This document shows positions 51,469-63,274 of a stretch of 64,000 nucleotides of DNA, piece after piece. Source of the DNA: an uncultured Verrucomicrobiae bacterium (GTDB taxonomy: Bacteria; Verrucomicrobiota; Verrucomicrobiia; Palsa-1439); NCBI GenBank assembly GCA_963817685.1, contig CAWFPN010000010.1, positions 614,746 to 678,745 on the forward strand, written 5' to 3'. The first letter of the stretch is position 1; every line of letters starts with the position of its first letter. A program made the position numbers and the translations under genes. The notes beneath the pieces were generated by a model that saw only the letters and a list, made by a program, of their open reading frames with translations, did not search any database and had not been told where the DNA came from.

Positions 51469-51612
51469 ACACTATGCCTTATGCATACATCTGTGGCGCG
51501 TTGCAAGCCTTTTTTTAGACCGGCGGGCAGCGAGGGCGCGGTCCTGATCGCTCGTCACCGACCGCCTTCCACATATTTGCGCCGGCCACACTTGTGGCGT
51601 ATAGTTTGTTCC

Positions 51613-52545
51613 ATGAAAGACACCCCGCGACGGGAGTCTGATGAGCGGCGGCGTAGCGCGGCTCCCTTCCTTGTCTGCCTGGCGGGCGCGTGCAGCCGGA
51701 CGCTGCCGTACTATCGCGGGAAATGGAAAATCAGCGACCGAATGGTCCGGCCACGGCTGGCGAAGACGGACTGGACGGACGTGGTCAAACTGCGGTGCGG
51801 ACTGCGCATTGCCTGCGATCTGTTCGACGAAGTGGGGGAAAACATCTGGTGGCTCGGCGAACAGTATGAACGGGGCAATGTGGCGTTGTTGCGGTCGATG
51901 CTGAAGCCGGGCGACGTCTTTCTCGACGCGGGCGCCAACATCGGTTTGTTTACTCTGGTGGCGGCGCGGTTGGTGGGCCCCGAGGGGCTGGTCGTGGCGG
52001 TGGAACCGGTGGGCGCGTTGTTCCGTTCGCTCCAGAGAAGCGTTGCCGAGTTGAACCATCTCACCAATGTCGTCTGCGTGCAAGGGGCGCTTTCATCGTC
52101 CGCCGGCAAAGGTGTAATCCATATCGGCGCCGCGGACAATCTCGGTTCCTCTTCGCTGGAAAAACACGGCGGCCACGACGGCGAGAGCCAGCCTGTCGAT
52201 CTGTTGACTGTGGACGCTTTGGCGGCGCAACAGCCGCGCCTGAGTCGCGTCGCGGTCATGAAAATCGACACTGAAGGTCACGAGTTGAAAGTGCTGGAAG
52301 GGGCGCGGCACACGATGGAGTCCGCCAAACCTTCCGTCTTGATCGAGGTCCGGAACGAACTCCTGCACAGTGCCGGCAGCAGCAGCGAAGCTGTCTTCCA
52401 ATTCTTCGCTGAGTTGGGATACCGCTCGTTTCGCGTTCTGTCCTCCGGCCAGGTTGAACCGCTGGACGCTCCCGAGGAAGGCACTCTGATCCTCTTCGCG
52501 CATCGCGACCGGGCCGCTGCTGTGCCTTCCATCCGCGCCCGTTGA
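51613..52545 (+). CDS. FkbM-family methyltransferase
   Basis: FLDAGANIGLF, AVEP, MKIDTEGHELKVLEG. Confidence 0.9.
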   Translation: MKDTPRRESDERRRSAAPFLVCLAGACSRTLPYYRGKWKISDRMVRPRLAKTDWTDVVKLRCGLRIACDLFDEVGENIWWLGEQYERGNVALLRSMLKPGDVFLDAGANIGLFTLVAARLVGPEGLVVAVEPVGALFRSLQRSVAELNHLTNVVCVQGALSSSAGKGVIHIGAADNLGSSSLEKHGGHDGESQPVDLLTVDALAAQQPRLSRVAVMKIDTEGHELKVLEGARHTMESAKPSVLIEVRNELLHSAGSSSEAVFQFFAELGYRSFRVLSSGQVEPLDAPEEGTLILFAHRDRAAAVPSIRAR

Positions 52546-52571
52546 AACTCCCCCCGCCGGTCTGGTATACT
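52542..52571 (+). promoter_or_regulatory. Putative promoter of mnmE-mnmG
   Basis: TTGAAA-18 nt-TATACT with an extended TGn. Confidence 0.55.
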
Positions 52572-52595
52572 CGGCCGACGTTTGGCGAGTGACTC

Positions 52596-53957
52596 ATGGA
52601 AGATACCATTGCCGCAATTTCCACACCCATCGGGGAAGGCGGGATTGCCATCGTGCGCCTGTCGGGGCCGCGCGCGACGGGGATCGCCGACGCGATCTAT
52701 CTCTCGCCGCGCGGCCGCGTGGCGGATTTTCCCTCGCACACGGTCCACTTCGGGACGATCGGCCAAAACGGGGAGATGATCGACCAGGTCATGCTCACCG
52801 TCATGCGCGCGCCGAAGACTTATACGGCGGAGGACGTCGTCGAGATCAATTGTCACGGCGGGTTGCTGACGGCAAAGAACATTCTCGCCCAATGCCTGAA
52901 GAACGGCGCCCGGCTCGCCGAGCCGGGAGAATTCACGAAACGGGCGTTTCTCAATGGGCGCATCGATCTGACCCAGGCCGAGGCGGTGATGGATCTGATT
53001 GGGGCGAAGACAAACCGCGCCCATACGGCTGCTGTCCACGCGTTGGAGGGACATCTTTCCAAACGGTTGGACGAGGCGCGGGAACGGCTGATCACCGTGC
53101 TGGCCCACATCGAGGCCACCATCGATTTCCCGGAAGATGATCTTGCGGCTGATACCAGGGAGAAATGGCTCACTGACACGACCGCGATCATGGCGTTCCT
53201 GAATCAGCTCCTGGCGACGGCCCAGGAAGGCCGGATCTTGCGCCAGGGCATTGCCGTCGCCATCATTGGCCGGCCTAACGCGGGCAAATCCAGCCTGATG
53301 AATGCCCTGCTCGGCCAGGACCGTTCCATCGTGACTCCCGTTGCCGGTACGACACGCGACACAATCGAAGAAACTGCCAATATCCGCGGTATCCCCATCC
53401 GTCTGACTGATACCGCCGGCATTAGAAAGCCTCGCGGAACGGTCGAACATCACGGTATAAATCGCAGTCGCAAGAGCCTTGCTACTAGCGACTTGATACT
53501 CCACGTACTGGACGGTTCTCGTGCCTTTTCGAAGACTGATTTAGAGCTTTCGGCGCTTTATGAAGGTAAGCCGGCGGTCCAGGTACTTAATAAACACGAT
53601 TTGCCACGAAAACTCGTTCTGCCTGCTGCATTCCCGAAATGTGAGTCGGTCGGTGTCTCGTCCCTGCGCGGGGACGGGATTGAGCAGTTGAAGGACAAGA
53701 TCGAGGCCATAGCGTGGTCAGGCCGCGTTGGATCGGCTGATGTGGACGTTGCCATCAACGAGCGACAGGCCGATGCGATCCAGCGTTCATTAAATTCATT
53801 GACAACTACCACTGCTACAATGAATGCTAAAGCCAGCCAGGAGATTATCTCTCAGGAATTGCGGATTGCGCTGGATGCGATCGGCGAGATCGTTGGGAAG
53901 ACGGCGACTGAAGACATCCTGGCAAAGATTTTCAGCACATTCTGTATTGGGAAGTAA
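52596..53957 (+). CDS. mnmE: tRNA modification GTPase MnmE
   Basis: [39 protein letters not shown]-terminal FCIGK. Confidence 0.97.
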   Translation: MEDTIAAISTPIGEGGIAIVRLSGPRATGIADAIYLSPRGRVADFPSHTVHFGTIGQNGEMIDQVMLTVMRAPKTYTAEDVVEINCHGGLLTAKNILAQCLKNGARLAEPGEFTKRAFLNGRIDLTQAEAVMDLIGAKTNRAHTAAVHALEGHLSKRLDEARERLITVLAHIEATIDFPEDDLAADTREKWLTDTTAIMAFLNQLLATAQEGRILRQGIAVAIIGRPNAGKSSLMNALLGQDRSIVTPVAGTTRDTIEETANIRGIPIRLTDTAGIRKPRGTVEHHGINRSRKSLATSDLILHVLDGSRAFSKTDLELSALYEGKPAVQVLNKHDLPRKLVLPAAFPKCESVGVSSLRGDGIEQLKDKIEAIAWSGRVGSADVDVAINERQADAIQRSLNSLTTTTATMNAKASQEIISQELRIALDAIGEIVGKTATEDILAKIFSTFCIGK

Positions 53958-53962
53958 GAGGC

Positions 53963-55795
53963 ATGTTTGTTTATCAGAAGCATTATGACGTCATCGTAAT
54001 CGGGGCCGGCCACGCCGGGACGGAGGCGGCTTTGGCGGCGGCGCGGATGGGTTGTCAGACGCTGCTGCTGACCACGAACCTGGATACCATTGGTCAGATG
54101 TCCTGTAACCCTGCGATTGGCGGGCTGGCGAAGGGGCATCTTGCCAGGGAGATTGACGCCTTGGGCGGCGAGATGGGGATAAACACGGACCTGACCGGCA
54201 TCCAGTTTAGGATGCTCAACACCAAGAAGGGGCCGTCGGTATGGGCGCCACGGGCCCAGTGCGACAAGAAAGCCTACCAGTTTCGCTTGAAATGGGTGGC
54301 TGAACAGCAGCCGAACCTCGATGTTAAACAGGCCATGATCGAGGCGTTGATCGTGGAGGGCGACCGCGTCCGGGGTGTGACGACCAAGATGAACGTCCGG
54401 TACGACGGCGAGTCTGTCATCGTCACGACCGGCACATTTCTTAGGGGTTTGATACATATTGGCGAGGCCAAGGTCGAATCCGGCCGGGCGGGCGAGCCGG
54501 CGTCGTATTCGCTGTCGGACAGCCTGAAGAACCTGGGGTTTGAGCTTGGCCGATTAAAAACAGGGACCCCGCCACGGCTGAACCGGCGTTCTATCGACTT
54601 TACGAAGATGGTTCTGCAGCCTGGCGAGGAGCCTATCCCGTTCTTCTCCTACACCACGCCGAAGACGTTCCACGTGGAACAAATCCCGTGCTACGTCACT
54701 TACACGACGCAGAAGACACGGGAAATCATCCTGGCGAATATCCACCGCTCGCCCATGTACTCCGGCCAGATCCAAGGGATCGGGCCGCGGTATTGCCCTT
54801 CAATTGAGGACAAGATGGTGAAGTTTGCAGAAAAGGAGCGCCATCAGATCTTCCTAGAACCGGAGGGGCGGACCACGAATGAGTTTTATGTGAACGGCGC
54901 GTCGACGAGCCTCCCAGAGGATGTGCAGACCGACATGATCCGGTCGATCATCGGCCTGGAGAATGCCGAGCTGCTTCGACCTGCTTATGCGGTCGAATAC
55001 GATTACAGTCTCCCGCATCAATTGCATCCAACCCTGGAGACAAAACGGGTGCAGAATCTCTATTTCGCCGGCCAGATCAATGGGACTTCCGGTTATGAGG
55101 AAGCAGGCGCTCAAGGTTTGGTCGCTGGCATCAATGCAGCTCTGAAGATTCAAGGCAAACCATCTCTAATTCTCACGCGAGCCGATAGTTACATCGGCGT
55201 ATTGATCGACGATCTCATCACCAAGAGCACGGATGAACCGTATCGGATGTTTACCTCAAGGGCCGAGTATCGCCTCCAGCTACGCCAGGACAACGCCGAC
55301 ATGCGGCTCACTGAAATTGGCCACCGGATTGGCCTGGCCTGCGATGAGCGCTGGAATGCGTTCGTTGCAAAACGCACTCTGGTGGTGGCGGAGATTGATC
55401 GACTCCGAAAAACGCGGGACGGGACCGGCACGTATGCGGAGATTTTGAAGAGGCCGGAAATCACCTACGCATCTCTTCCCATCGCCCGGCGCGATCTCTC
55501 GGAGGACGTCCAGCAACAGGTGGAAATACAAATCAAGTACGAAGGCTACATCGCTCGCGACTTGGAGCAAATCGAACGGTTCAGGCGGCTCGAAGACAAA
55601 CGGCTGCCGGACTGGATCGACTACGGCAAGATCTCAGCACTCCGCACAGAATCAAGACAGAAGCTCACCCGATATCGTCCGGACTCGATTGGCCAGGCAT
55701 CGAGAATCTCTGGGGTAACTCCGGCGGACATTGCCATTCTACTTGTGTGGATGAAAAAGGCAGATGCCAATTCTTGCACTACAGTGTCAAGTTAA
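53963..55795 (+). CDS. mnmG: tRNA uridine 5-carboxymethylaminomethyl modification enzyme MnmG (GidA)
   Basis: [51 protein letters not shown]. Confidence 0.97.
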   Translation: MFVYQKHYDVIVIGAGHAGTEAALAAARMGCQTLLLTTNLDTIGQMSCNPAIGGLAKGHLAREIDALGGEMGINTDLTGIQFRMLNTKKGPSVWAPRAQCDKKAYQFRLKWVAEQQPNLDVKQAMIEALIVEGDRVRGVTTKMNVRYDGESVIVTTGTFLRGLIHIGEAKVESGRAGEPASYSLSDSLKNLGFELGRLKTGTPPRLNRRSIDFTKMVLQPGEEPIPFFSYTTPKTFHVEQIPCYVTYTTQKTREIILANIHRSPMYSGQIQGIGPRYCPSIEDKMVKFAEKERHQIFLEPEGRTTNEFYVNGASTSLPEDVQTDMIRSIIGLENAELLRPAYAVEYDYSLPHQLHPTLETKRVQNLYFAGQINGTSGYEEAGAQGLVAGINAALKIQGKPSLILTRADSYIGVLIDDLITKSTDEPYRMFTSRAEYRLQLRQDNADMRLTEIGHRIGLACDERWNAFVAKRTLVVAEIDRLRKTRDGTGTYAEILKRPEITYASLPIARRDLSEDVQQQVEIQIKYEGYIARDLEQIERFRRLEDKRLPDWIDYGKISALRTESRQKLTRYRPDSIGQASRISGVTPADIAILLVWMKKADANSCTTVSS

Positions 55796-56952
55796 TTCTT
55801 CTTACCGGACGTAATCATTTTCCGAAACTCGTCGAACAAAGCCCCCGCATCGTGTGGTCCTGGCGAGGCTTCGGGATGATACTGCACGCTGAATACGGGC
55901 AGCTTCTTGTGCCGCATTCCCTCCACGGTCTGGTCGTTGAGATTAATCTGGGTGATCTCGACGTCGTTGCCCTGGACGCTCTTGGGATCGACCGCAAAAC
56001 CGTGGTTCTGTGACGTAATCGACACCGCGCCAGATCGCAAATCTTTTACGGGCTGATTGGCCCCGCGATGACCGAATTTCAGCTTGAATGTCCGACCGCC
56101 AAACGCGAATCCCAGGATCTGATGTCCAAGGCAGATGCCGAAAATCGGCACGGCGCCCAAAAGCTGGCGGACGGATTTGTGGGCGTACTCCAACGCTTCC
56201 GGATCGCCCGGCCCATTGGAGAGAAACACGCCCTGCGGCTTGTGCTTCATGACTTCGTCCGCTGTGGCCGTCGCCGGCACGACATGGACCCGAAACCCCC
56301 GCTGGCGCAGGCGCCGGAGGATGTTGTATTTGACGCCGAAATCAAAGGCCACAATCGGAATGTCCGCCGGCCGGAGCTCGTCGTTGTACTGCATCGCGCC
56401 ATCCGGACCGCGCTCAATCTTCCAGTTCGAACTCTGCTTGTCATTCGGGTCCCAAACGAACGCTTCACGGTGCGTGACTTCCTTGACGTAGTCGACGCCG
56501 ATGATTCCCTTCCACTCCCGCGCGCGGGCCACCGCTTCCTTGTCGCTGATGTCCTCTGTCGAAATGCATGACTTCATCGCGCCTTTGACGCGCAAGATTT
56601 TTGTCAGTGCTCGTGTATCAACTCCCTGGACCGCTGGAATTTCATACTTCTCGAGATATTGCTCCAAAGGCATTTCCGAACGCCAATTCGATGGCGCGCT
56701 GGAGAGATGGCGCACCACAAATCCCGCCACGTGCGGCCGCCAGCTCTCGACATCGGTTGAGTTCACCCCGTAGTTGCCGATCTCAGGATAGGTCATCGCG
56801 ACAATCTGGCCTTTGTAGGACGGATCGGTGAGGATCTCCTGATAGCCTGTCATCGATGTGTTAAAGACGCCTTCGCCGCAGGCGGTGGCTTTGGCGCCAA
56901 AGCCTTCGCCGCGGAAGACCGTCCCGTCTTCGAGCGCAAATACTCCATTCAT
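55792..56952 (-). CDS. carA: Carbamoyl-phosphate synthase small subunit
   Basis: [41 protein letters not shown]. Confidence 0.96.
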   Translation of the reverse strand: MNGVFALEDGTVFRGEGFGAKATACGEGVFNTSMTGYQEILTDPSYKGQIVAMTYPEIGNYGVNSTDVESWRPHVAGFVVRHLSSAPSNWRSEMPLEQYLEKYEIPAVQGVDTRALTKILRVKGAMKSCISTEDISDKEAVARAREWKGIIGVDYVKEVTHREAFVWDPNDKQSSNWKIERGPDGAMQYNDELRPADIPIVAFDFGVKYNILRRLRQRGFRVHVVPATATADEVMKHKPQGVFLSNGPGDPEALEYAHKSVRQLLGAVPIFGICLGHQILGFAFGGRTFKLKFGHRGANQPVKDLRSGAVSITSQNHGFAVDPKSVQGNDVEITQINLNDQTVEGMRHKKLPVFSVQYHPEASPGPHDAGALFDEFRKMITSGKKN

Positions 56953-57042
56953 AAAATAATGAGCGTCTTGAACTTTCTATGTTTCACAGAGACTCAGCCG
57001 CCTCGCAACACGGCCCTGCCACACTTCGTTTTGGGAAACCCG

Positions 57043-58305
57043 TCAGCCTTGCCACACGATCTTGCCGCCCACGATCGTGGCCACAGCCCGGCCCTTCAGC
57101 TCCCAGCCGTGGAACGGGGAATTCCGCGATTTACTCGCCGTCTTCTCGACATCGTAAATCCACTCGCGGTCCGCGTCAATCACCGTCACATCACCATCGG
57201 CCCCGACTGATAGCGTGCCTTTCGGCAGCCGCAACAAGCGCGCGGGATTGATCGTGAATTTCTCCACGAGCTGCGGCAGGGTCAACACTTTCTTGTGCAC
57301 GAGCGCCAGCGACAGCGCCAGTTCCGTCTCCAGGCCGATGATGCCGAACGGCGCCAGGTCGAATTCCACTTCCTTCTCATAACTGCAGTGCGGCGCGTGG
57401 TCGCTGGCGATACAGGCGATGGTGCCGTCGGCCAGTCCTTCGATCAACGCCTGGCGGTCGCGCTCGCTGCGCAACGGCGGGTTCATCTTGAAATTCGTGT
57501 CGTAGGTCTTCAGCGATTCGTCGGTCAACGTGAAATGATGCGGGCAGGCCTCGCCGGAAATTTTCACGCCGCGCTTCTTCGCCTCGCGGATCAGCGCCAC
57601 AGAACGCGCCGATGAAATGTGCTGGCAATGGACGTGCCAGTCGGCCAATTCCGCCAGCAGGATATTGCGCGCCACGATGACGTCTTCGCCCGAGGCGGGC
57701 CAGCCGCGCAATCCGAGCGCCGCGCTCCAGTGGCCTTCGTGCATCACGCCGTCGGCGACGAGGTTGTAGTCCTGGCAATGGTCCATCAGCGGCAGGTCGA
57801 ACATCTTCGCGTACTCGACGGCGCGGCGCATGAGTTCGTTGTTCTGCACGCAATAACCGTCGTCGGTGATGGCGACGACGCCGGCTTTTTTCAACGAACC
57901 GATCGGCGCAAGTTCCTCGCCCTTCAACTCCTTCGAAATCGCGCCCGTGGGGAAGACGTTGACGCAGCCGCCTTCGGCGGTGCGTTGTTTGATGAAGGCG
58001 ATGGTGCCCGTGTTGTCGGCAGCGGGCGTAGTATTCGGCATGCATACCACCGAGGCGAACCCGCCGCGCGCCGCGGCGCGCGTGCCGGTCTCGATGGTTT
58101 CCTTGTCACCGCGGCCGGGCTCGCGCAAATGGACATGAATGTCGATCAAGCCGGGCGTGACGATCCGGCCGGTGGCGTCGATCACGTCCGCCCCGGCGGT
58201 CGCGGCCGCCGCGATGCGGCCCTCGCTGATGAACACGTCGCGCACCTGGTCGGTCCCGCTGGCGGGATCGATCACCCGGCCGTTTTTGATATGCAGCGAA
58301 TTCAT
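57043..58305 (-). CDS. pyrC: Dihydroorotase (multifunctional complex type)
   Basis: [37 protein letters not shown]. Confidence 0.94.
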   Translation of the reverse strand: MNSLHIKNGRVIDPASGTDQVRDVFISEGRIAAAATAGADVIDATGRIVTPGLIDIHVHLREPGRGDKETIETGTRAAARGGFASVVCMPNTTPAADNTGTIAFIKQRTAEGGCVNVFPTGAISKELKGEELAPIGSLKKAGVVAITDDGYCVQNNELMRRAVEYAKMFDLPLMDHCQDYNLVADGVMHEGHWSAALGLRGWPASGEDVIVARNILLAELADWHVHCQHISSARSVALIREAKKRGVKISGEACPHHFTLTDESLKTYDTNFKMNPPLRSERDRQALIEGLADGTIACIASDHAPHCSYEKEVEFDLAPFGIIGLETELALSLALVHKKVLTLPQLVEKFTINPARLLRLPKGTLSVGADGDVTVIDADREWIYDVEKTASKSRNSPFHGWELKGRAVATIVGGKIVWQG

Positions 58306-59240
58306 GGTTCCGTTGTCTGTCCGCCGGCGCAGAGAAACAGCACGGCCATGCGCACGGCGAGACCGTTGGTGACTTGTTCCAAAATGACCGAGCGGCTGCA
58401 GTCGGCGATGTCGCTGTCGATCTCCACGCCGCGGTTGATCGGGCCCGGGTGCATGATCAGCGCGTCCGGTTTGAGCCGCGCGAAGCGTTCCTTGCTCAGG
58501 CCGAACAGGGCGGCGTACTCGCCGGTGCTGGGAAACATCGTCTTGCGCTGGCGTTCGTGCTGGATGCGCAACAGATTGATCACGTCGGCGTCACGGATCG
58601 CTTCCTCCACGTCGTAGGTCACGCGGCAGCCGAATTCCTCGAAGACGCGCGGCACCAGCGTCGACGGTCCCGCGAGCGTGACGTGCGCGCCGAGCTTGGT
58701 CAGCAGCCAGATATTGGAGCGCGCGACGCGCGAGTAGAGAATGTCGCCGAGGATGGTGACGTTGAGCCCGGCGATGCGGCCCTTTTTCTCGCGCATCGTG
58801 AACGCATCGAGCAACGCCTGCGTCGGGTGCTCGTGCGCGCCGTCGCCGGCGTTGACGACGCTGGCCTTGAGCATGTGCGAAAGAAAATACGGCGCGCCCG
58901 CCGCCGAATGGCGGATGACGATGATGTCGGCGTTGAGCGCCTGGAGATTGAGCGCGGTGTCCTTGAGCGTCTCGCCTTTGACGAGACTGGAGGCGGTGGT
59001 GTTGATGTTGATCACGTCGGCGGACAGGCGTTTTGCCGCCAGCTCGAAACTGGTGCGCGTGCGCGTGGATGGTTCCACGAAGAGATTGACCAGCGTCTTG
59101 CCGCGCAGGGAAGGGACTTTTTTCACAGCGCGTTCGCCGACTTCCTTGAATGCGGCGGCGGTGTCCAGGAGCAGATTGATTTCGTCGACCGACAATTCCT
59201 GGATGCCAAGCAGGTCTTTGCGTTGCCAGGTGATTTTCAT
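58302..59240 (-). CDS. pyrB: Aspartate carbamoyltransferase catalytic subunit
   Basis: [37 protein letters not shown]. Confidence 0.96.
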   Translation of the reverse strand: MKITWQRKDLLGIQELSVDEINLLLDTAAAFKEVGERAVKKVPSLRGKTLVNLFVEPSTRTRTSFELAAKRLSADVININTTASSLVKGETLKDTALNLQALNADIIVIRHSAAGAPYFLSHMLKASVVNAGDGAHEHPTQALLDAFTMREKKGRIAGLNVTILGDILYSRVARSNIWLLTKLGAHVTLAGPSTLVPRVFEEFGCRVTYDVEEAIRDADVINLLRIQHERQRKTMFPSTGEYAALFGLSKERFARLKPDALIMHPGPINRGVEIDSDIADCSRSVILEQVTNGLAVRMAVLFLCAGGQTTEP

Positions 59241-59767
59241 TTCTCGAGCACCACCTCGTCTTTGCCATCCAACTCGGCCAGCCGCACGCCAATGCGTTCC
59301 TCCGGGGCCGTCGGCACGTTTTTGCCGATGAAATCAGGCCGGATCGGCAGTTCCCGATGGCCGCGGTCCACCAGGATCGCGAGCTGGATGCGGCGCGGCC
59401 GGCCAAAATCGGCGATCTCATCCAGCGCCGCGCGGATGGTGCGGCCGGTGAACAGCACGTCGTCGACGAGCACGATCGTTTTGTCGTTCACGTCGAACGA
59501 AATGTTTGACGGCCCCACTTGCGGCGGAGCGCTGCGCAAGTCGAGATCGTCCCGGTGCATGGAAATATCGAGTTCACCGGTGGGCACCTCGCGGCCGAGG
59601 ACGGATTGCAGTTTCGCCCCGAGGCGGCGCGCCAGCGGAACTCCGTGGGTGCGGATGCCGACCAGCGCGATCGAGCCTTCCCCTTGATTGCGCTCGACGA
59701 TTTCGTGCGCCATGCGCGTGAGGGCGCGCTCGATGGCCACGGCGTCCATGATCACCGCGGCGCTCAT
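59237..59767 (-). CDS. pyrR: Bifunctional pyr operon regulator / uracil phosphoribosyltransferase PyrR
   Basis: [35 protein letters not shown]. Confidence 0.96.
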   Translation of the reverse strand: MSAAVIMDAVAIERALTRMAHEIVERNQGEGSIALVGIRTHGVPLARRLGAKLQSVLGREVPTGELDISMHRDDLDLRSAPPQVGPSNISFDVNDKTIVLVDDVLFTGRTIRAALDEIADFGRPRRIQLAILVDRGHRELPIRPDFIGKNVPTAPEERIGVRLAELDGKDEVVLEK

Positions 59768-59772
59768 GGCAC

Positions 59773-59803
59773 AAAAAAAACCGCCTGCTCGCGTCGAGCA
59801 GAC
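59773..59803 (-). terminator. Attenuator terminator in the pyrR leader
   Basis: GTCTGCTCGACGCGAGCAGGCGG followed by T8, immediately upstream of the pyrR ATG. Confidence 0.8.
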
Positions 59804-59838
59804 AGTTGCCTATGGCTAAAGTTGATCAATCTCTTGCT

Positions 59839-59869
59839 CCTTGCCGGCCTCGCGGGGCCCGCTTAAAGG
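59839..59869 (-). promoter_or_regulatory. PyrR-binding RNA loop
   Basis: CCTTTAAGCGGGCCCCGCGAGGCCGGCAAGG fits the CUUUAA...CCnGnGAGG...AAGG pattern. Confidence 0.8.
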
Positions 59870-59889
59870 TGCAACACGGTTTATGTTTT

Positions 59890-60108
59890 TTACGTCCGCG
59901 CTTCCCGGCGGTGTCTGCGCCAGTTCGAGCGGTGCTTCACAATCCAGTCCAGCAGCGCCCGTTCGAACCCGATATCATGGCCGACCTTCTCACTCTCCAG
60001 CCATTTATGGCGTAGAATCTCTTCCCTCTCGGCCAGGAACTCCCGATACAGCGCAGAGTTCATGACCATAGATTTGGAGTCTGCGTTCATGTCACGCTTT
60101 TCACTCAT
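59890..60108 (-). CDS. Small DUF4032-like conserved protein
   Basis: SALYREFLAEREEILRHKWLESEKVGHDIGFERALLDW; alternative start at 60090. Confidence 0.8.
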   Translation of the reverse strand: MSEKRDMNADSKSMVMNSALYREFLAEREEILRHKWLESEKVGHDIGFERALLDWIVKHRSNWRRHRREART

Positions 60109-60210
60109 GGCCCTACTACCCCACCGTTTCCCATCAGTGGAAGATAACGTTATCATAAGCAAATTTCAAATGCAATATCCATTTTCGCTCTTCGGATTGC
60201 CGCCAGGGCT

Positions 60211-61197
60211 TCATCTTCCCCCGGTTTGATGGTCCACGGCTCGTTCGTGTTGCACCATTAGTTGGAGAACCTCGTCCAATGACTTCGTGGGGTGCCAGCC
60301 CATTAATTGATAGATCTTGTCCGTGGCCGGCACCCGCCGGCGCATGTCTTCGAAGCCTTTCGCGTAGGCCTGTTCGTAGGGAATCAACCGCATCTCCGAC
60401 CGGCTCTCGGTCAACTGTTTCACCCGCCGCGCCAAGTCCAGGATCGACACTTCCTCCGTGCCGCCCACATTATATACTTGGCCGACCGCCCGCTGCTGCC
60501 GGGGCAGGTCCACCAACGCCCGCACCACGTCGCTGACGTGGCAAAAACACCGCGTCTGCCGTCCGTCGCCGTGGATCAGGATTGGTTCGTCGCGCAAGGC
60601 GGCCTGCACGAACCGCGGCACGACCATCCCGTACCGGCCCGTCTGGCGCGCGCCGACGGTGTTGAACAGCCGCGCGACGAACACCGGCAATTGTTTTTCC
60701 CGCCAGTAGGCCAGCGCCAGGAATTCATCCAGCAACTTCGAGCAGGCGTAACTCCACCGCCCAAACGTCGGCGGCCCGATCAGCAAATCATCGTCCTCCC
60801 GAAACCGGTCGCGCTCGCTCTTGCCGTACACTTCGGACGTGGAGGTCAACAGCACGCCCACGCCGCGTTTGGCCGCCGCCGCCAGCACGTCCTCGGTCCC
60901 GCGCACGTTGTCTTCGATGGTGTACACGGGATTTTTGACGACGAGTTCGACGCCGACCGCCGCCGCGAGGTGATAAATGAAATCGGCCTGGCCGACGAGC
61001 TGGTCCAGTTCGCGCCCGTCGCGCACGGAAGCCTGGGTGAAATGGAACCGTGGATTGCCGCGCAACGCCGCGAGATTGTCCGCCGAGCCGGTGCTCAGGT
61101 CATCGATGACGTAGACCTCCTTGCCCTGCGTCACCAACGACTCCGCCAGGTGCGACCCGATGAACCCCGCCCCGCCGGTAATTAACACGCGTTGCAT
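60211..61197 (-). CDS. NAD-dependent epimerase/dehydratase (UDP-sugar)
   Basis: TGGAGFIGSH, HLAAAVGV, STSEVYG, YACSK, GDGRQTRCF. Confidence 0.9.
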   Translation of the reverse strand: MQRVLITGGAGFIGSHLAESLVTQGKEVYVIDDLSTGSADNLAALRGNPRFHFTQASVRDGRELDQLVGQADFIYHLAAAVGVELVVKNPVYTIEDNVRGTEDVLAAAAKRGVGVLLTSTSEVYGKSERDRFREDDDLLIGPPTFGRWSYACSKLLDEFLALAYWREKQLPVFVARLFNTVGARQTGRYGMVVPRFVQAALRDEPILIHGDGRQTRCFCHVSDVVRALVDLPRQQRAVGQVYNVGGTEEVSILDLARRVKQLTESRSEMRLIPYEQAYAKGFEDMRRRVPATDKIYQLMGWHPTKSLDEVLQLMVQHERAVDHQTGGR

Positions 61198-61222
61198 GTT
61201 GTGCTAGAGTAATCGCTTAAGT

Positions 61223-61927
61223 ATGAAAGACAAACATATTTACGTGCTGCAGCATCATCCCATCGAAACGGTGGGGAGCATTGCCGGCATCCTGCAACAC
61301 GCCGGCGTCACGGCCCGGACCATCCGCTCCGACGCCGGCCAGCCTGTTCCCCGGGAGATCGGCGATGCCGCCGGGCTGATCGTCATGGGCGGCCCGCAAA
61401 GTGTGTACGAACAGGACAAGTTCCCCTATCTCACCGCCGAGATCCGGTTGATCGAAGACGCTTTGCGGCGCGAACGCCCCGTGCTCGGTGTTTGTTTGGG
61501 CAGCCAGCTCATCGCCGCCACGCTCGGCGCGAAGGTTTATCCGGGAAGAAAGAAAGAGATCGGCTGGCACCGCCTGACGCTCGCCGACGCGGCCAGGACC
61601 GATGCGCTCTGGAAAGACGCGCCGCGCAGTTTCATGGGATTGCACTGGCACGGCGACGTTTTCGATCTGCCGCGTGGCGCCACTCTGCTCGCGTCCTCCG
61701 CCCTGACCGCGCACCAAGCCTTCCGCTACGGCCGCAACGCCTACGCGTTCCTCTTTCATATCGAGGTCAACGCCGCCCACGTCCGCACGATGGTGGACAC
61801 GTTCGCAGAAGAAGTTACCGCCTGCGGCCTGAACGGCCGCGCCATCACGCTCAACGCCCACACCCATCTGCCCGCGCTCCAAGGGATCGGTCAGACGGTG
61901 TTCGGCCGCTGGGCAACGCTGCTGTAG
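61223..61927 (+). CDS. Class I glutamine amidotransferase (GMP-synthase-like, stand-alone)
   Basis: LIVMGGP, LGVCLGSQL, WHGD, FHIE. Confidence 0.88.
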   Translation: MKDKHIYVLQHHPIETVGSIAGILQHAGVTARTIRSDAGQPVPREIGDAAGLIVMGGPQSVYEQDKFPYLTAEIRLIEDALRRERPVLGVCLGSQLIAATLGAKVYPGRKKEIGWHRLTLADAARTDALWKDAPRSFMGLHWHGDVFDLPRGATLLASSALTAHQAFRYGRNAYAFLFHIEVNAAHVRTMVDTFAEEVTACGLNGRAITLNAHTHLPALQGIGQTVFGRWATLL

Positions 61928-61997
61928 CGGGAGGGCGAGGCTCCCGCCGAGCCGTTCGGTTGTTCGCACGGAGGCTCGGCGGGAGCCTCGCCCTCCC
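61928..61997. repeat. REPIN 1 (inverted GGGAGGGCGAGGCTCCCGCCGAGCC doublet)
   Basis: Two inverted 25-nt REPs with a ~19-nt spacer; directly repeated at 62440-62510. Confidence 0.9.
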
Positions 61998-62534
61998 TCA
62001 CCATGGCAGATCATAAATTCTTCCTTGATACGGCCAATCCCCGGCTTTGGTAACAAGCTTGTGGCGGACGGGATTATTTCGGACGTAGTCCCATTTGTCG
62101 GCGTAGGCTTCCTCTTTGCGGAGGCGTCTGTCCCAGTGGTCTGTTTGCCAGCAATGCCCCGGATTGCCGTGGCGTTTGGAGAATTGCGATTTCCAATATT
62201 GGATCCAAGGATCCAATTGGATTTCGCTGGCTGGATTCGGTGCCGCAAACAAATGCAAATGGTCCGGCAGGAGAACGTAGTCTCCGACCAGCCAGGCGTC
62301 TGCCTCGCGCCACACTTTGCGGAGCAAATCATGGACCTCACTCGTTGCCAGCCAAGGCGCGCGCCCTCGGGTGCAAACGGTGACGAATACGATAGCAGGG
62401 TCATGAACTTCCGTGCGCACCCCGTGTGCCGGATGTTTGCGGGAGGGCGAGGCTCCTGCCGAGCCGTTGGGTTGTTCGCGCGGAGGCTCGGCGGGAGCCT
62501 CGCCCTCCCGGGATTGAAAAGGATTGGCGCTCAT
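61998..62534 (-). mobile_element. REP-associated tyrosine transposase (RAYT) 2
   Basis: VFVTVCT, YVLLPDHLH (HUH), WQTDHWDR, YVRNNPVRHKLV; ATG at 62534 overlaps the udg stop. Confidence 0.9.
62440..62510. repeat. REPIN 2, inside the 5' part of the RAYT2 ORF
   Basis: CGGGAGGGCGAGGCTCCTGCCGAGCC...GGCTCGGCGGGAGCCTCGCCCTCCCG. Confidence 0.9.
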
Positions 62535-63274
62535 TATTTTGGCACTTGCCGACCCAATTTCTCCAGCACGGCTTTCATGTCGTCCCAGACTTCTTTTTTG
62601 GCGGGGGGGTTGCGCAGCAAATAGGCGGGGTGGAAGGTGGGCATGATCGGGATGTCGCGGAAGGTGTACCAGTGGCCGCGCATTTTGGTGATGCCAAGTT
62701 GGACGTCCAGCAGCGAACGCACGGCGGTCGCGCCGAGGGCCACCATGGCTTTGGGTTTGATGAGATCGATTTGCGCCAACAGGTACGGCAGGCAATTAGT
62801 TACTTCGTCCGGAAGCGGCGGACGGTTTTCGGGGGGACGGCATTTGAGGACGTTGGCGATGTAGACGTCCTCGCGCCGGTAGCCCATGGCGAGGATGATC
62901 TTGGTGAGCAACTGGCCGGCCCGTCCGACAAACGGTTCGCCCTGTTCGTCCTCATCCGCCCCGGGCGCTTCGCCGATGAACATCAGTTCGGCGCGCGGGT
63001 TGCCCACACCGAAGACGACGCTGTGCCGGCAACTGGCCAGTTCCTTGCATTTCACGCAGACCTTGGCGCGGCCCTGGATCAGGGCGAGTTCGGCGGCGAC
63101 GTTTGAGTTGTCGGGCGAAGCAACCGGGGCGGTAACCACGGCGGCGGGACGGGCGACGGGTTTGCCCAGCTCGTCCAATGTTTCCCGCGAGACGGCGACG
63201 TGGGTGATGCCGGAGCGTTTCATGTCTTCCACCGCCTTGATGGTCGCGTCGATGATGTCGGTCAGTTCTCGCAT
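62534..63274 (-). CDS. udg: Uracil-DNA glycosylase, family 4
   Basis: [41 protein letters not shown]. Confidence 0.92.
   Translation of the reverse strand: MRELTDIIDATIKAVEDMKRSGITHVAVSRETLDELGKPVARPAAVVTAPVASPDNSNVAAELALIQGRAKVCVKCKELASCRHSVVFGVGNPRAELMFIGEAPGADEDEQGEPFVGRAGQLLTKIILAMGYRREDVYIANVLKCRPPENRPPLPDEVTNCLPYLLAQIDLIKPKAMVALGATAVRSLLDVQLGITKMRGHWYTFRDIPIMPTFHPAYLLRNPPAKKEVWDDMKAVLEKLGRQVPK

Noticed and set aside
52596-55795. Replication origin near mnmE-mnmG
   Set aside because: No dnaA, parAB or DnaA-box cluster was seen, and there is no suitable intergenic gap in the window.
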